This document shows, one piece after another, positions 26,660-40,580 of a DNA stretch of 64,000 bases. The notes under the pieces were generated by a model. It searched no databases, was not told the DNA's origin, and worked only from the letters and a program-made list of their open reading frames with translations. The translations under genes and the position numbers were made by a program. The DNA is from Octopus sinensis (lineage: Eukaryota). The stretch spans positions 84,382,001 to 84,446,000 of the forward strand of contig NC_043005.1 of assembly GCF_006345805.1 (NCBI RefSeq), given 5' to 3'. Each line of letters begins with the position of its first letter. Position 1 is the stretch's first letter.

Positions 26660-27045
26660 CCAATATCGTAGCTGGGGCTGGTGCCCCTAGCTGGCTTCTG
26701 TGCTGGTGGTACGTAAAAAGCATCAGCCAAACATGGCTGATGCCAGTACCCCCAGACTGGCTCCTGTGCTGGTGACATGAAAAAAGCACCATCTGAATGT
26801 GGTCGATGCCAATCCCTCAGACTGCCTCCTGTACCGGTGGCATGTAAAAGCACCATCTGAATTGTGGTCGATACCAGGTCTGCCTGAATGGCTCCTGTAC
26901 CAGTAGCACGTAAAAAGCACCCACTACACTCTTGGAGTGGTTGGCATTACGAAGGGTATCCAGTTGTAGAAACATTGCCAGGTCAGATTGGAGTCTGGTG
27001 CAGCCTCCTGGTTTTCCAGCCCTCAGTCAAACCATCCAACCCATG
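26660..27045 (+). mobile_element. RTE 3'UTR fragment, truncated before the tail
   Basis: Subrepeat array, then CCACTACACTC..AACCCATG. Confidence 0.75.
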
Positions 27046-27193
27046 ATTCTAAGAATTATATAAGTTTAACACGTTAACTGCCATGGCCTCTAACTGGAGC
27101 TCATTGGTGATGCTACATATTCCGTGTTATTGCTCTCAGTATAGTAATAGCTGCGATGGAAGTAGATGAGTCTGTGTTCAACCTCACAATTAA

Positions 27194-27414
27194 CCCTTTA
27201 ACATTTAAACTGACCATATCCAGCCTAAAGTTTTCTACCCGTTTTATGTTCAAAGTGGTCTGATCTGGCCTCTCACACCAACCTAACAATATCACTGTAA
27301 AAATAAGCAATCATGCCATTCCAATGTCATAGCAATGAGATAATGCCGGATTAATTCAAAGTAATGCGAATATATAAGCCTGGCGTTAGACAGAGTAATC
27401 TGAATGCTAAAGTG
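27194..27414. mobile_element. piggyBac-like MITE (duplicate of 24791-25011)
   Basis: TTAA|CCCTTTAAC..GCTAAAGTG|TTAA. Confidence 0.75.
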
Positions 27415-27838
27415 TTAAATCTTTGATATTTATCACCCGAGTTATTCAAATGTTCTCAAAATCGTGTCAAAGACACAGAATGAAATATTTTCACAAATTA
27501 TGAAAATGTAACACAGGTGATGCATGAGGTGGCTGTGTGAAGTTGGCGATGAACCACCACTGATGATGGAATGTGCGGCAGTTAACACGTTAATCATCAA
27601 CATCTTCATAATTAAAAAAGAATATTCAAAGAAAAACAAGAAAACAATATAGAAATGAAGAGTTAATGCTTTGCTCTCAAATAAAAATTATCCCTCTTTT
27701 CGGTAAGGTACCATTTTCTAACAATTCAAAAGTGAATTCTGAAACTAAACTAACAACAACAGACAAGGTTAGTCCTTGTGCCACACAGAAATAAACTACT
27801 TTTGGCACCATTCAAAGATCATGTTACACTGTTTTTGG

Positions 27839-27891
<53 letters not shown>

Positions 27892-30350
27892 CTCCGTTGA
27901 GAGATCGACTCTCAACCAGGCTGTAGAATAAATAAATTTTCATTCAGCCAAAAACTGTGAAGTATTTTTTATCAGATTTTTCATCTCTTCGTATTCTGAA
28001 TGACTAACTTAGATCAGATGGTTACAATGTAGAGAGTTCGTTGAAAAGATAAGCTGATATACAGGGATGGGTGGGATGTGACCGGGGGCGGAGGGGTAGG
28101 GGAGAAAACAAAACAAAAGGAAAAAAACAGAGAGAGATATTCTGCAGCAATGAAGATACTTCGAATTTAAGATACTGTAAAATAATAATAATATTAATAA
28201 TAATGATAAGAAGAAGAATGAAATGGAATAGAATAAAATGAAGTGATATTATGGGTAATGAAGATGATGAAGATTTAAGATTTAAGATTAAAAATAGTTA
28301 AAAACAATTTCGGTAGTAGTGAGATGTTAAAAGGCTGCCTTGCAGAAAGTTTTGCAAGAACATGAAAGGAATGTGAAGAGAGATAAGGATAGGATAGGAT
28401 GGAAGATTACCAGACGATGGAGAGATGAGGAAAGGCACTATTCATTGAGGAAAAGTTCCAAATAATAATAATAATAATAATAGTAATAATAATAATGATT
28501 TCAAATTTTGGCACAAGGCTAGCAATTTTGGTACTTATTTTAATGACCTTGAAAGGATGAAAGCAAAGTCAATCTCGGTGGAATTTGAAATCAGAACCTA
28601 AAGACAGATGAAATACCACTAAGCATTTTGCCCAGCATGCTAATGATTCTGCCAACTTGCCGCCTTAATAATAATAATAATAATAATAATGAGAAGAAGA
28701 AGAAGAAGAAGAAGAAGAAGAAGAAGAAGAAGAAGAAGAAGAAGAATGGTGATGATGATGATGATAAATATTGAATGTTATGAGTTTTGGCAAGCCATAC
28801 TGGTGACTTGATTCTGACTCACTGTTGGGGACTTTTGGATGGGTAAAAGGCCTTTGATAGGAGTCAGATGGAATTCATTAAGGTAGATTTTCTACAGCTG
28901 GATGCCCTCCCTGTTGCTAACTCTCCACCTGTTTGCAAGTAAGGTAATATTTCCTCAATTCTGGACAGGCTTTTCACAGAAGATTGTGAAAAAAAGAACA
29001 GCTCCAGGCTGACCAAAGCCTCGTGATTAGACTTGGTAGACAGAAACTTCTGTGGAAGTGTTCTTTTAGTGTTTGGTTGTTATATATTCTTTTCTATTCT
29101 TGGCACAAGGCCCAAAATTTTGGGGATGGGAGCCAGTTGATTAGATCAATCCCAGTACACAACTGGTACTTAATTTATCAACCCCGAAAAGATGAAAGGC
29201 AAAGTCAACCTCGGCAGAATTTGAACTCAGAACATAAAGACAGATGAAATACCACTAAGCATTTTACTCATCGTGCTAATTATTCTCCCAGTTTGCTGCC
29301 TTTGGTTGTTATATATTGGCAGTGGTTGTGGTGTTGGTGGTGATTGTGGTGTTGGTGGTGTTGGCAGTGGTTGTGGTGGTGGTAGGGATCTTAGTATTGG
29401 GTTAGTCTATGCTCATATGTGTATATATATGTATATATATACTATGTATTTGTCAGTATATATTTAATGTTGTGCTTTTTATTTGCAGCATATATAAGAC
29501 CTATAAACCAGATGTGGTGGTTTCAAAACTCCAGTAACAAAGAACTCAAGCTATCCATTCAACCAATTGTCAATTCACATCCAATAATTGTTAATTTACA
29601 TTTCCACACTTGTTAAGGTTCTTCAACATGAAACCATTCAATAACATGAATTGGCTGTTATGAGACTATATATATAATACTGAATAAATAATATATATGT
29701 GTCTGTGAGAGTGTGTGTGTGCATATATGAAAGATTCTTATATAGAATTAGATTGAAAGAATTGGAGCAGAGGAACTACATTATACTAAAAGTTAGAGAC
29801 TTTCCCAAGAGTATTGGTGACATAAGCCAAGCTGTTGAACATAGGAACTGAAATTATATCACAGTCATGGTTTGCCAAAAACTTACATTTATATGTGTGT
29901 GTGTGTATTGTATATTATACAGAAACACACATATGCAGTACATAAATTTCTCAAGGATATTTGCTAATTATTTTAAAAATTAAGCTATCATATTTCATTC
30001 ACCCTTATATTCGAGGGTTTAAAACAACATCCGTGACTAACAAACAGGTTTGTTATGGTAACCATCATCCTCCCCCTCATTATTCCCATCTCCCCATCAG
30101 CCCTTCCCTGTTCAATAGATACTGTCACCCATATCTCCACCAACATCAGTGAGAGAAGATCTCTATGTTGTTATAGGACATGATGGAAATAGCTGCTAAT
30201 TCTTCCTCGACATCCCTATTTACCATCTTGTAAAAAAAAATGGTGGGTGAACATATTTGATGTTGTTTTAGATATACAAAAAGTAGGGATGATCATGGGT
30301 GGAATATCTTTTATCAAAGATCTGCCCATCCAGAACAAATCTGTCAGTAA

Positions 30351-30560
30351 CCTTTTAGCATTTAAATTAACCATATTTGACCTAAATATTCTGCCCATTT
30401 TATGTTCAAACTGGCAAGATCCAGCCTCTTACACCTCCCTACAATGTCATCCTAAAGATAAACAATCATATAATCGAAATCTCAAAGGCACAAGATTAAC
30501 TTAAAACAATGTGAATAAATAAGGATTATCTTTGACAGAGTAATCTGAATGCTAAAAGGG
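30351..30560. mobile_element. piggyBac-like MITE
   Basis: GTAA|CCTTTTAGC..GCTAAAAGGG|TTAA. Confidence 0.7.
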
Positions 30561-30651
30561 TTAAACAAGAAGACTTGATGACCTCAGATGATACAAAGAT
30601 AAAAGCTTGAACATTTTAATTAACACAACCTTGAATCGAATTTATTTATAG

Positions 30652-30682
<31 letters not shown>

Positions 30683-30694
30683 ATATGTACTGAC

Positions 30695-31030
30695 TACTGT
30701 GCCAGTGGCACGTAAAAAATGCCAACTGATTGTGACTGATGTCAGTACCCGACTGACTGGTGCCTGTGCCGGTGACACTTAAAAAGCACCATCTGAACAT
30801 GTTCGATGCCAGGCCCACCTTACTAGTTCCTGTACAGGTGGTACGTAAAAAGCACCTACTACACTCTTGGAGTGGTTGGTGTTAGGAAGAGCATCCATCT
30901 GTAGAAACCTCCCCAGATCAGACTGGAGCCTGATGCAGCCACTGGGTTCTCCAGACTTCAGTCAAACCATCCAACCCATGCCAGCATGGAAAATGGACGT
31001 TAATCGATGATGATGATGATGATGATGATA
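30695..31030 (+). mobile_element. RTE 3'UTR fragment
   Basis: Same subrepeats and (GAT)n tail. Confidence 0.8.
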
Positions 31031-32175
31031 TGTACACACAATATGTTTCTGTAAGTTTCAATTCATCAGATCCACTCACAAACCTTTGATCAACATGAGC
31101 TTATTGAAGAAAACAGCTACTTAAGGTGCCATGCAGTAGAATTGAACCCACATCCACATGCTTTGGAGGGTAGCTTCTGAAGCACTCCTGCCCCTACTTG
31201 AAATTTACCAGCTTCAGTGATATTAGAAAAGAGTCTGAGACTATGAGATACATTTTGAATAAACATCCCATGGTATCAGTCAGACAGTCGTATCAAAAAT
31301 AAATTCAGGCTACCCAGGGTGGGGATAATATGTAAACATAAACGAGATTGTGTTATACATTGTAGAGATGAGATTACAATAGGCTCAGCCCCTGCGTCAC
31401 AGGGTGGCTGTGTTAATTTAGACTGGGTGGGGACTCCAGTTCAAGTTTACTCAAATGGTATGTTTACATAATATACGCACACACACACACACTCACACAT
31501 ACGTATACATAAACATGCACACACACACACACATGCACACACACACACACACACACACACTTTTAGGTTTTACTCGTTTCAGTCATTAGAGGGTGGCCAT
31601 GCTGGGGCATCACCCCAAAGAACTTTTAGTCAAATGTATCAATCCTGGTAATTATTCTTTTTTCTAAGTCTGGTACTTATGCCATCAGTCTCTTTTGTTG
31701 AACTGCTAAGTTACATGAATGCAAACTCAGAGTCTCAGTTGTCAAGCGATGTGGGGAGGGGACAAATACACACACACACACAGTGGAACTGAACCTGGAA
31801 CCATGTGGTTGAGAAGCAAGCTTCTTACCACACAGCCATGCTTAAGGTACCATGCAGTGGGTTTGAACTCATAACCACATGTTTGGGAGGGATGCTCCTG
31901 GACTAGTTGTTGAGTGTCCCACCCATGAGGGATCGATGCTAGATGTGATGAAACAATTGTTGTGATTAATAATAAATTCTCGTATTTTCCATCTTCCATC
32001 TTTCATTTACTATATATATATATATATATATCATCATCATCGTTTAATGCCCGCTTTCCATGCTAGCATGGGTTGGACGGTTCAACTGGGGTCTGGGAAG
32101 CCAGGAGGCTGCACCAGGCCCAGTCTGATGTGGCAGTGTTTCTACAGCTGGAGGCCCTTCCTAACACTGTAGAAG

Positions 32176-32215
<40 letters not shown>

Positions 32216-32364
32216 TAGATAGATAGATAGATAGATAGTGATGTAGAAAAACATGATTAGGTTTGAGATATATATATATACACATACAAACATTTTATAG
32301 ATACACACACACATATATAGATACATATAACTATATATATATTCTGCAAGATAAACACACACTC

Positions 32365-32640
32365 TTGATGGCATGGATCTAAACCTGGATAAAGAATTTG
32401 AAGATTACGTTCAAGGTTTGTGAACGATCTTAATATTTTCCCGACCAGAGATATCATTAATGCATTTAAACAACTGTAGTGTAAAGGTGAGCATTGGGTC
32501 ACATGTGTGGTCATGAAGGGCAGCTGGATGAGGTTTTTAAGTGTTTGGCAATTGTCCAAGAGAAATTGTCTTTAGTGACAGCAACTGGATAATAGATTTA
32601 GTTTCCATTTGAGAGATAACAACTGGATTTTGAAAGAATA
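32365..32640 (-). pseudogene. Highly degenerate RLE-type LINE fragment
   Basis: LERNLQILYP matches LLRNLQLLYP at 39099; the rest is decayed. Confidence 0.4.
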
Positions 32641-33041
32641 TTTCAAGCTTTTCAGTTAGATCATGTGTTTGGTTTCAGGTTACGTTGATAAATGGAGCCA
32701 TTATCATCGTTGTTTTAATGTCCACTTCTCTATAGTTCCATACATCAGAAAGAATTCATTGAAGCAGATTTTCTGTGGCTGGATGCCTTTCCTGTCATCA
32801 ACTCTCACGTTTTTTCAAGCAAAGAAATATTTTCCCATGGCCAGACATGTTTGCCATCGAAGACTGGAAACTTCATTGTTGTTATGATGGTGATACTCAT
32901 TAGTAGTTGCATGATATCAAAACAATCACACACACACACACACACACAAAAGAAGGGGTTGTTTCTATTTCCATCTTCCTAATTCACTCACAAGCTTTTG
33001 GTTAGCTTAAGGTGACAGCAGAGGTCTTTGCCCAAGATGTT

Positions 33042-33212
33042 GCGCAGGAGTGGCTGTGTGGTAAGTAGCTTGCTAACCAACCACATGGTTCTGGGTTCAG
33101 TCCCACTGTGTGGCATCTTGAGCAAGTGTCTTCTGCTATAGCCCCGGGCCGACCAAAGCCTTGTGAGTGGATTTGGTAGACGGAAACTGAAAAGAAGCCT
33201 GTCGTATATATG

Positions 33213-33245
<33 letters not shown>

Positions 33246-33442
33246 TTGTCCCCTAACATCGCTTGACGATCGATGATGGTGTGTTTATGTCCCCATTACC
33301 TAGCAGTTCGGCAAAAGAGACCGATAGAATAAGTACTGGGCTTACAAAAAGAATAAGTCCTGGGGTCGAGTTGCTCGATTAAAGGCGGTGCTCCAACATG
33401 GCCGCAGTCAAATGACTGAAACAAGTAAGAGAGTAAAAGAGA
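33042..33442 (+). mobile_element. Near full-length tRNA-derived CORE-type SINE (family A), nested in an older inverted copy
   Basis: A-box-like TGGCTGTGTGGT, B-box-like GGTTCAGTCC, core CTTGAGCAAGTGTCTT, internal (TA)/(TG), tail GACTGAAACAAGTAAGAGAG. Confidence 0.85.
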
Positions 33443-34634
33443 GTGGGATTGAACCTGCAACCATATGATTGGAAACTAGACTTCTCAACTACTCAGCAAT
33501 GTCTAGTTCTAGTTAATAAGACTCCATGCTATTGGGGTGCATTCAGATCTGTAGTGTGTGAGTTTCCACATGGGTTGGGTCAAACAAGTGTAGTTTTTTT
33601 CAATATTTCAATCTAAATGAGTGTAAATGTTGATAATATCAACTCTTAAATGTATTATGTAAATATGCAGTAACGAAACAGCTGAAGACAAACAGTGCTG
33701 ACTTTGCCAAAGAAAGAATAATGTAAATATTTAAGGATGTCTGTGATGCTTGAAGTCATCCAGAAGCTACAAATCTTGCCTTATATAGAAAGATACTCCC
33801 ATTAGATGGGGGCAGGCAGTGGCATGAGAAATGAAGCTTGCCTGAGATGGTTATCTAAATATCTTGATAATAGAAACCAGAAGTTTTCTCAACAAAGAAA
33901 TGATAAAAGCCATCTTGTGTGAGATGTATGACATAGGTGATAGTGGGGTGAGAGAAAGTATCAACTGCAAACTGATTGGTTGTTAAATAAGAGTAACCTA
34001 AAATGTTATTTGCACTTTACCATAATATTAACACATTCATTCTATGACACTTGGGGTTAAAAGGTTCTCTTACACCCCAAATTTTAAATATTAATTTCAC
34101 AAGGAGCTGAGTCGATCATACAAAATACATAGACATTTATAGGAGTATATACACATAGCTATACATGCAATTATATACAGACCTAAACAGGGTTTATAGA
34201 TTTTGTAAATATTTGTGAATGTCATGAAGCATGTATATATGTCCATGTGTGCACATGCTTGTGACTATACATAAACATGTGCACAGATACAGATGTGTGG
34301 ATGGATGTGTATACTTTGTATATACATTTGCATATATAAAATCTCAGGTCTGAGGTATCTTTGGAGTAAAACGATGGGGAGTATTCAAGAAAGATGTTAA
34401 GAGACTGAGAGTTGTAAAGGAGTGGTAGTAGAGTAAGAGTGTTAGAGTGAGATAAAGAAATATTGTCAGATTATGACATCAAACACCTGTCTCTTTTCTT
34501 TCTCCTTCATTTTCTCTTTAATTTCTCTCTTTCTCTCTCATACATTCCTATTCATCTCTCTGTGATGACAACATACACAGTATATTATATATGTGTGTGT
34601 GGTGTGTATAAATATACATGTATATATATATAAT

Positions 34635-34920
34635 GGAAATTGTAGTTGTGATATCCTCACTAGTGACACGTAAAAAGCACCAACCGATCATGGCTGTTGC
34701 CAGCCTCCTACGGCCCCTGTGCCGGTGGCACGTAAAAAGGACCCACTACACTCACGGAGTGGTTGGCATTAGTTAGGAAGGGCATCCAGCTGTAGAAACA
34801 CTGCCAGCTCAGACTGGAGCCTGGTGCAGCCTCCAGGCTTCCCAGACCCCGGTCGAACCATCCAACCCATGCCAGCATGGAAAACGGACGTTAAACGATG
34901 ATGATGATGATGATGATGAC
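34635..34920 (+). mobile_element. RTE 3'UTR fragment
   Basis: Same terminus with (GAT)n. Confidence 0.8.
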
Positions 34921-35465
34921 TTACTAATGTAGAGAGCCTGCTCAGTCATGGTGTGTGTTCTTTGAAGCTTGTTTTCAGAGTGATCCAATCTGGTCTTTCC
35001 CTTCTCCTTTACTTCAACTCCTGCCCCCTAAAAACACACACACACACACACACTGGAAGGGGGTTTGTTTATCTATCAGCCCTTAAAATATGCTAACAAC
35101 TTGAAGGTGTTGTATGTTGAGAGAAAGGGAGAGAGAGACTAACAAAACCAGGCTGCCAGCCTGCCAGTCACCGAGATCTATATATTTCATCCGTTGGCTT
35201 TTGGTGAAGAATTCCTATAGGAAAGGCAATGTGTGTGTATGTGTGTGAGAGAGAGAGAGAGAGAGTGTGTGTGTGTGTATGATTGTGTGCGAGAGAGCAA
35301 AGAGAGGTGGATTGAAGTGATGGCACCAATGGTGATGAGAAATGCTAGGATGATATTATGATGATGATGATGATGATAGAGATCACGATGATGGTGATGA
35401 AAATGGTGATAGTGATGATGATGATGATGGTGATGGTGATGATGATGACGGTGACGACGATGATG

Positions 35466-35497
<32 letters not shown>

Positions 35498-35862
35498 GGA
35501 GATGACGATGATGGTGATGATAATGATGATGATGATGATGATGATGGTGACGTGTTGGATAAGCTGTCTTGGCCATCCACTTTTCTCCTGATCAATTTCT
35601 TCTTTTTCTTCCTCCTCCCTCAGGAAAGCAACTCTGTCAACACATCACGTTGTTGTTGTTGTTTCTCGTTGTTGTTCTTCAATGTACAAGGAGGAATCAC
35701 TGGGGGAGGGGGCAATTGATGGTTGGGTGGGTGGAAAAATATCTGGATTTTTAGAAGAGAGAACATATGAAGGTGCCAGGGTGATGACTGACCTTTTTTC
35801 TTCATATATAAATGTGTATGTTTGTGTGTGTCTATGTATGTATGCGTGTATATACATAAATG

Positions 35863-35903
<41 letters not shown>

Positions 35904-37044
35904 GTATGTGTGTTTCTGTGTATAATCTATGTGTGTATGTGCATATATACATGTATGTGTGTATATATTATGTATATATTTACATTTGTATGTATATGTA
36001 CATAAATGTATGTGTTTGTGTGTGTGCATAAACGTGTGTGTGTATATATATATATAGGTATGTAAACATGCATGTATAAATGCAGATATGTTTATATGAA
36101 TGTATATATCAACAGTGCTTGTATATGTGTGCGTGTTTCTATATTTATGCATGTGTGTATGTATGCATGTGTATGTATGTGTATATCATCATCATCATAT
36201 ATATATATATACACACACACACGCACACACATAAACACGCACACATTTATGTATACACACACACACGTTTACACACATGCTTGTATGTATGCAATATATG
36301 TGTACCATATCTGTGTGTGTGTCTGTTGATAAACACTCACAAACAACTTTTGTAACATTTTTTTTATAACACAACCAACAATGTGTCTGTCTGTGCCTTA
36401 CAGTGGTGTTAGTAATGCTAACCCCCACCGTCCCTAACACCACTGTTGGCACCACCGCCACCGCCACCACCACCACCACTATTGCCTTAAGTCCTATGAG
36501 TGGTGGCCTCTAACCCCAAGCCTCAGCTTGTTCCAGAACAAAATCTATTTAGTTTAGTTTTAACGTAAACATTGAGGAAGACACACACACATACACACAC
36601 ACAGAAGTACATACATACACACGATATTCAAGCTCACACGGTTACACATACACACACAATGTCTACACTGATTTGTGTACCTGTCCATCAGTCTATCTCC
36701 AAATGTGTATGAAGGCACACACACACACACATATACATACATATATATATAATAATATAAATAATATATAAATATATGCCTATATACATACATATATGTA
36801 CATACCTACTTATATATGTATATGTACATGAATATATAGGTACAAGCCATCAAAAAAAAAACGTTGAACAGAATGAGAAACGAAAACATAAAAACAGAGA
36901 AAATGAATTTTTTTCGAACAACAGAAAACACAGACAAAGAAAACATGCAACATAAAGAATATTCCCCTTCATCAGTTGTCCCTGTTTCATCTACTCCGCG
37001 TTCTGAAGGCAAGGACAATACGCGACTTCATTGACATATATATA

Positions 37045-37242
37045 TATTCTTTTATTTGTTTCGGTCATTTGACTGTGGCCATGCTGGAGCACTGCCTTTA
37101 GTTGAATACTCTTTTGCTGAACAGCTAGGTTACACGGACATAAAAACTACCACATCGGTTGTCAAGTGATAGGTAGGGGACAAACACAGACACACATACA
37201 CCCCCCCCCATATATACACATATAGATTCAGTAGGGTATATA

Positions 37243-37285
<43 letters not shown>

Positions 37286-37462
37286 ACAAATCCTATATAT
37301 ATATGACAGGCTTCTTTCAGTTTCTGTCTACCAAATCCACTCACATGCTTTGATTGGTCCGAGGCTATAGTAGAAGACTCTTGCCCAAGGTGCTATGCAG
37401 TGGGACTGAACCTGGAACCATGTAGTTGGGAAGCAAGCTATTTACTACACAGCAACTCCTGA
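37045..37462 (-). mobile_element. CORE-type SINE (family A)
   Basis: Reverse-complement homology to 33042-33442. Confidence 0.75.
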
Positions 37463-39098
37463 ACCTATATACTCATCCACATATATAAAACAAATGAGAG
37501 AAAGAGGAAATGATATTCACGTGATCCTATATTAATCAGGAGAGTTTTGACCTATTTTTCATTGGTCCCTTGCAGGTGAGATCCTGTCAACTGGTTGTGG
37601 TGCATCCTTTGGTGCATCCAGGTAGGCATAGACAGTGGAAACACTTTGTCATACTACTAAGCATGGACCCAAATACACACACACATACACACACACACAC
37701 ACACACACAGTGATACATTTGAATATATATATATATATACACTTATACACAAACACACACACACACACATATATATATATGTATATATATATATATACAC
37801 ACACACACAAACACACACACAACAGGCTTCTGTCAACCAAATCCACTCACAAGGTTTGGTTGGCCCAAAGCTATAATAAGAGACACTGCCCAAGATGTCA
37901 CACAGTGGGACTGAACCCAGAACCATGTGGTAGGAAGTGACCTTCTTACCACAGAGCCATGCCCGCACCTATACACACACAAACACACATATGTATATGT
38001 GTATATATATATGCACTCTAACACACATACACACAAATTTGTTTTTTCTGAGATTATGATAAAAAAAACTATTCTTTCTGGCACTAAGAAGATGGTAAAT
38101 GATAAAAATGTGATGGATGGATGTGGTTCTGTGTCTATATGAGTCTTTGTGTGTGTGTGAGTGAGTGCATGTGTATATGTTTGCGTGAGCAAGTATGTGT
38201 ACGAGAGTATTTGTGCGTATTGGTAGCTGTGAATGTGTGCAGGTACATATATACATGTGTGTGTGTATGGAAATATTTATGCATGAGCAAGAGTGTGTGT
38301 GTGTATATGTCTATATGTGTGGGAGCCTCTCACTCCTCAGCTGTTGCTTCTGAGCAAATCTCCAACTTCTCCAACTTTCCACACTTGACATCTTTCACTA
38401 CCACCACCACCACCACTCCCATCAACAGCACCGCCATCGCCACCGCCACCATTACCAACATTCAAAGACACACAACAGTCTTTCCCGCCCCCTCCCCCCC
38501 CCCCCGGTACCTGCAGCAGGAATTGAAACATCTTGAAAAGGTGGGAAAAAAGCCGAAAGGGGTGGGTGGAGGTGCCTGTGTGGTGGCACATAAGGTGAGG
38601 AGGGGGGAGTAAATCCAGAAATGGTAGCGTCAACAACAATAACAATAACAACAACAACAACAAGGTGCCACAGAAGAAGATGCGATGATGTTCGGAAGAT
38701 AACGTAAATATTTGAAAAGACTCCAAGGGAATAAACTAAATAAAGTTCACACATATATATATATATGTATATATATAGATATGAAGGTGTGGTTGTGTGG
38801 TTAAGAAGTTTGTTTCCCAACCACATGGTTTCAGGTTCAGTCCCACTGTGCAACATTTTGGTTGAATATCTTATAATATGATACTAAATGCTTTGTAAGT
38901 GGATTAAGGTGGATGGAAGCTGAGAGAAGCCTCTATAATACTGCTGTCTTGTTTCATTTCAGACATACATACATACATATGAAATTCCAATGAAGGAGCC
39001 TTGGATCTAGGTTAGAAACCGGTTCTTTCTCTATTGGTGAGAAATCTTGAAATAAACTGAATAATGACATACATACAAACAGGCAGACAAACACACAA

Positions 39099-39323
39099 CT
39101 GCTTCGAAACCTCCAGCTTCTATATCCAGACTATGAATTCATATTCATACCAATAATAATTGGCTCACTAGGTTTTGCTAGTAAATGCTCAAAGGAGAAT
39201 CTGGATAAACTGGGATTTTCAGAAAGAGATAGTGACCGGCTAATTCACTAATTACAAGAGCAATTGGTGAGTGGAACAGTAAAAATAAACAAGACTTTTC
39301 TCAAGTTTCAAATCTTAATTTGA
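39099..39323 (+). pseudogene. C-terminus of an RLE-type non-LTR retrotransposon ORF
   Basis: LLRNLQLLYPDYEFIFIPIIIGSLGFASKCSKENLDKLGF..LIH*LQEQLVSGTVKINKTFLKF; PIIxGxLG and GTVKI motifs, one stop. Confidence 0.7.
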
Positions 39324-39929
39324 CTGTGTTAACTACATCCTAAACATGGAGCCTTGTATCTTTGTTGGAAGCTGACTCCCTCCTCAGTGGAAGATTTATA
39401 TATCTAAAAAACAAACGAGGCATGCATGCATACATACACTGTTAACTGTCCCATCATGGATATGGACAGCAAAAAACAAAAACAAGAAAAAAGACTGTAC
39501 TCTATCAGTGAGAGATAAATACCATACAATACACAGAGTATTTAAATACAAGCTACTCATAAACTCTATCCTGTCAACACTTCAAATGCAAAATTCTCTC
39601 CTGAAAATGGAGGCAGTGTTATCTGATAGTGGATCCAAATAACTATAATTATTCCAGACCACAAAGCCCCCAGAAACAGCTGCTGGACACGTAAAACTCA
39701 ACCCATTTAACTCCTGATCTCATTTATATTTTGTGTAAGCCAGACTATTTTATATCCATACATATGTACACTTCTTTGCATTAAATATTTCTAATATTCT
39801 GTGTAAATCGACTTGTCTAACTTGTTTGTCATTACATTTACTCATCTCCCAGCACAAATTCAAAGCTCTTGAGCACTTCAAAGTGTATTCTATATAGAGG
39901 ACACCTGTCTCTAACCTGTCTCTAGTGAA

Positions 39930-40240
39930 GGCGCATGACTCAGTGGTTATAGTGTCGAGCTTATGATCATTAGTTTGATTCCTGGACCTGGCTGCATGTT
40001 GTGTTCTTGCGCAAGACACTATTTCACGTTGCTCCAGTTAACTCAGCTGTAGAAATGAGCTGTGACGTCACTGGTGCTAAGCTGTATTGGCCTTGGATAA
40101 CATCTGTGGTGTGAAGTTGGGAGGTTGGTATGCATGGGTAACTGCTGGCCTTCCATAAAACAACCTTGCCTGGACTTGTGCCTCGGAGGGTAACTTTCTA
40201 GGTGCAGTCCCATGGTCATTCATGACCGAAGGGAGTCTCA
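39930..40240 (+). mobile_element. tRNA-headed CORE-like SINE (family C)
   Basis: GGCGCATGACTCAGTGGTT..GTTTGATTCC head and CAAGACAC..CTCCAGTTAACTCAGCTGTA core, shared with about 690-900, 7430-7600, 8120-8345 and 61680-61860. Confidence 0.65.
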
Positions 40241-40246
40241 AAATAA

Positions 40247-40278
<32 letters not shown>

Positions 40279-40412
40279 ATAAAGTAACAAACTGAGGAAA
40301 AGAGATCCTTCAAAGGGGTGGGTTAAACATCCAATTCACTGGTACTTCAGTTGGATACCATATAAATATGAGTATAGTGCAATTATAAATATAAATTAAA
40401 TACCAATATATA

Positions 40413-40580
40413 CTATTGACAATCCAATAATTTATTTATATTATATTATATGACATAGTATGAATACAACATAAACAATTATGGTTTTAATAATCGTTTG
40501 TTGTATAATATTATGTTATCATATATTGATAGTATATCATGTAATATTATAATATAAATAAATTATTGGACTGTCAATAG
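40413..40580. mobile_element. AT-rich TA-flanked MITE
   Basis: ~33-bp terminal inverted repeats CTATTGACA(A/G)TCCAATAATTTATTTATATTATA, with TA on both flanks. Confidence 0.7.

Noticed and set aside
25100-27640. Paralogous small-peptide exons in the duplicated block
   Set aside because: No reading frame is conserved between the two copies.
35187-35591. His-rich and Met-rich ORFs
   Set aside because: Degenerate (GAT)n array.
36960-36995. CTGATGA on the minus strand
   Set aside because: No stem II/GAAA arrangement consistent with a hammerhead.
38341-38594. Open AG..GT segment, phase-compatible with 31366-31457
   Set aside because: Low-complexity ACC/CCC content; phase match has a 1-in-3 chance; no recognisable protein.
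39172-39266. Apparent exon ending at GTGAGT
   Set aside because: Lies inside a continuous RLE LINE C-terminal frame.
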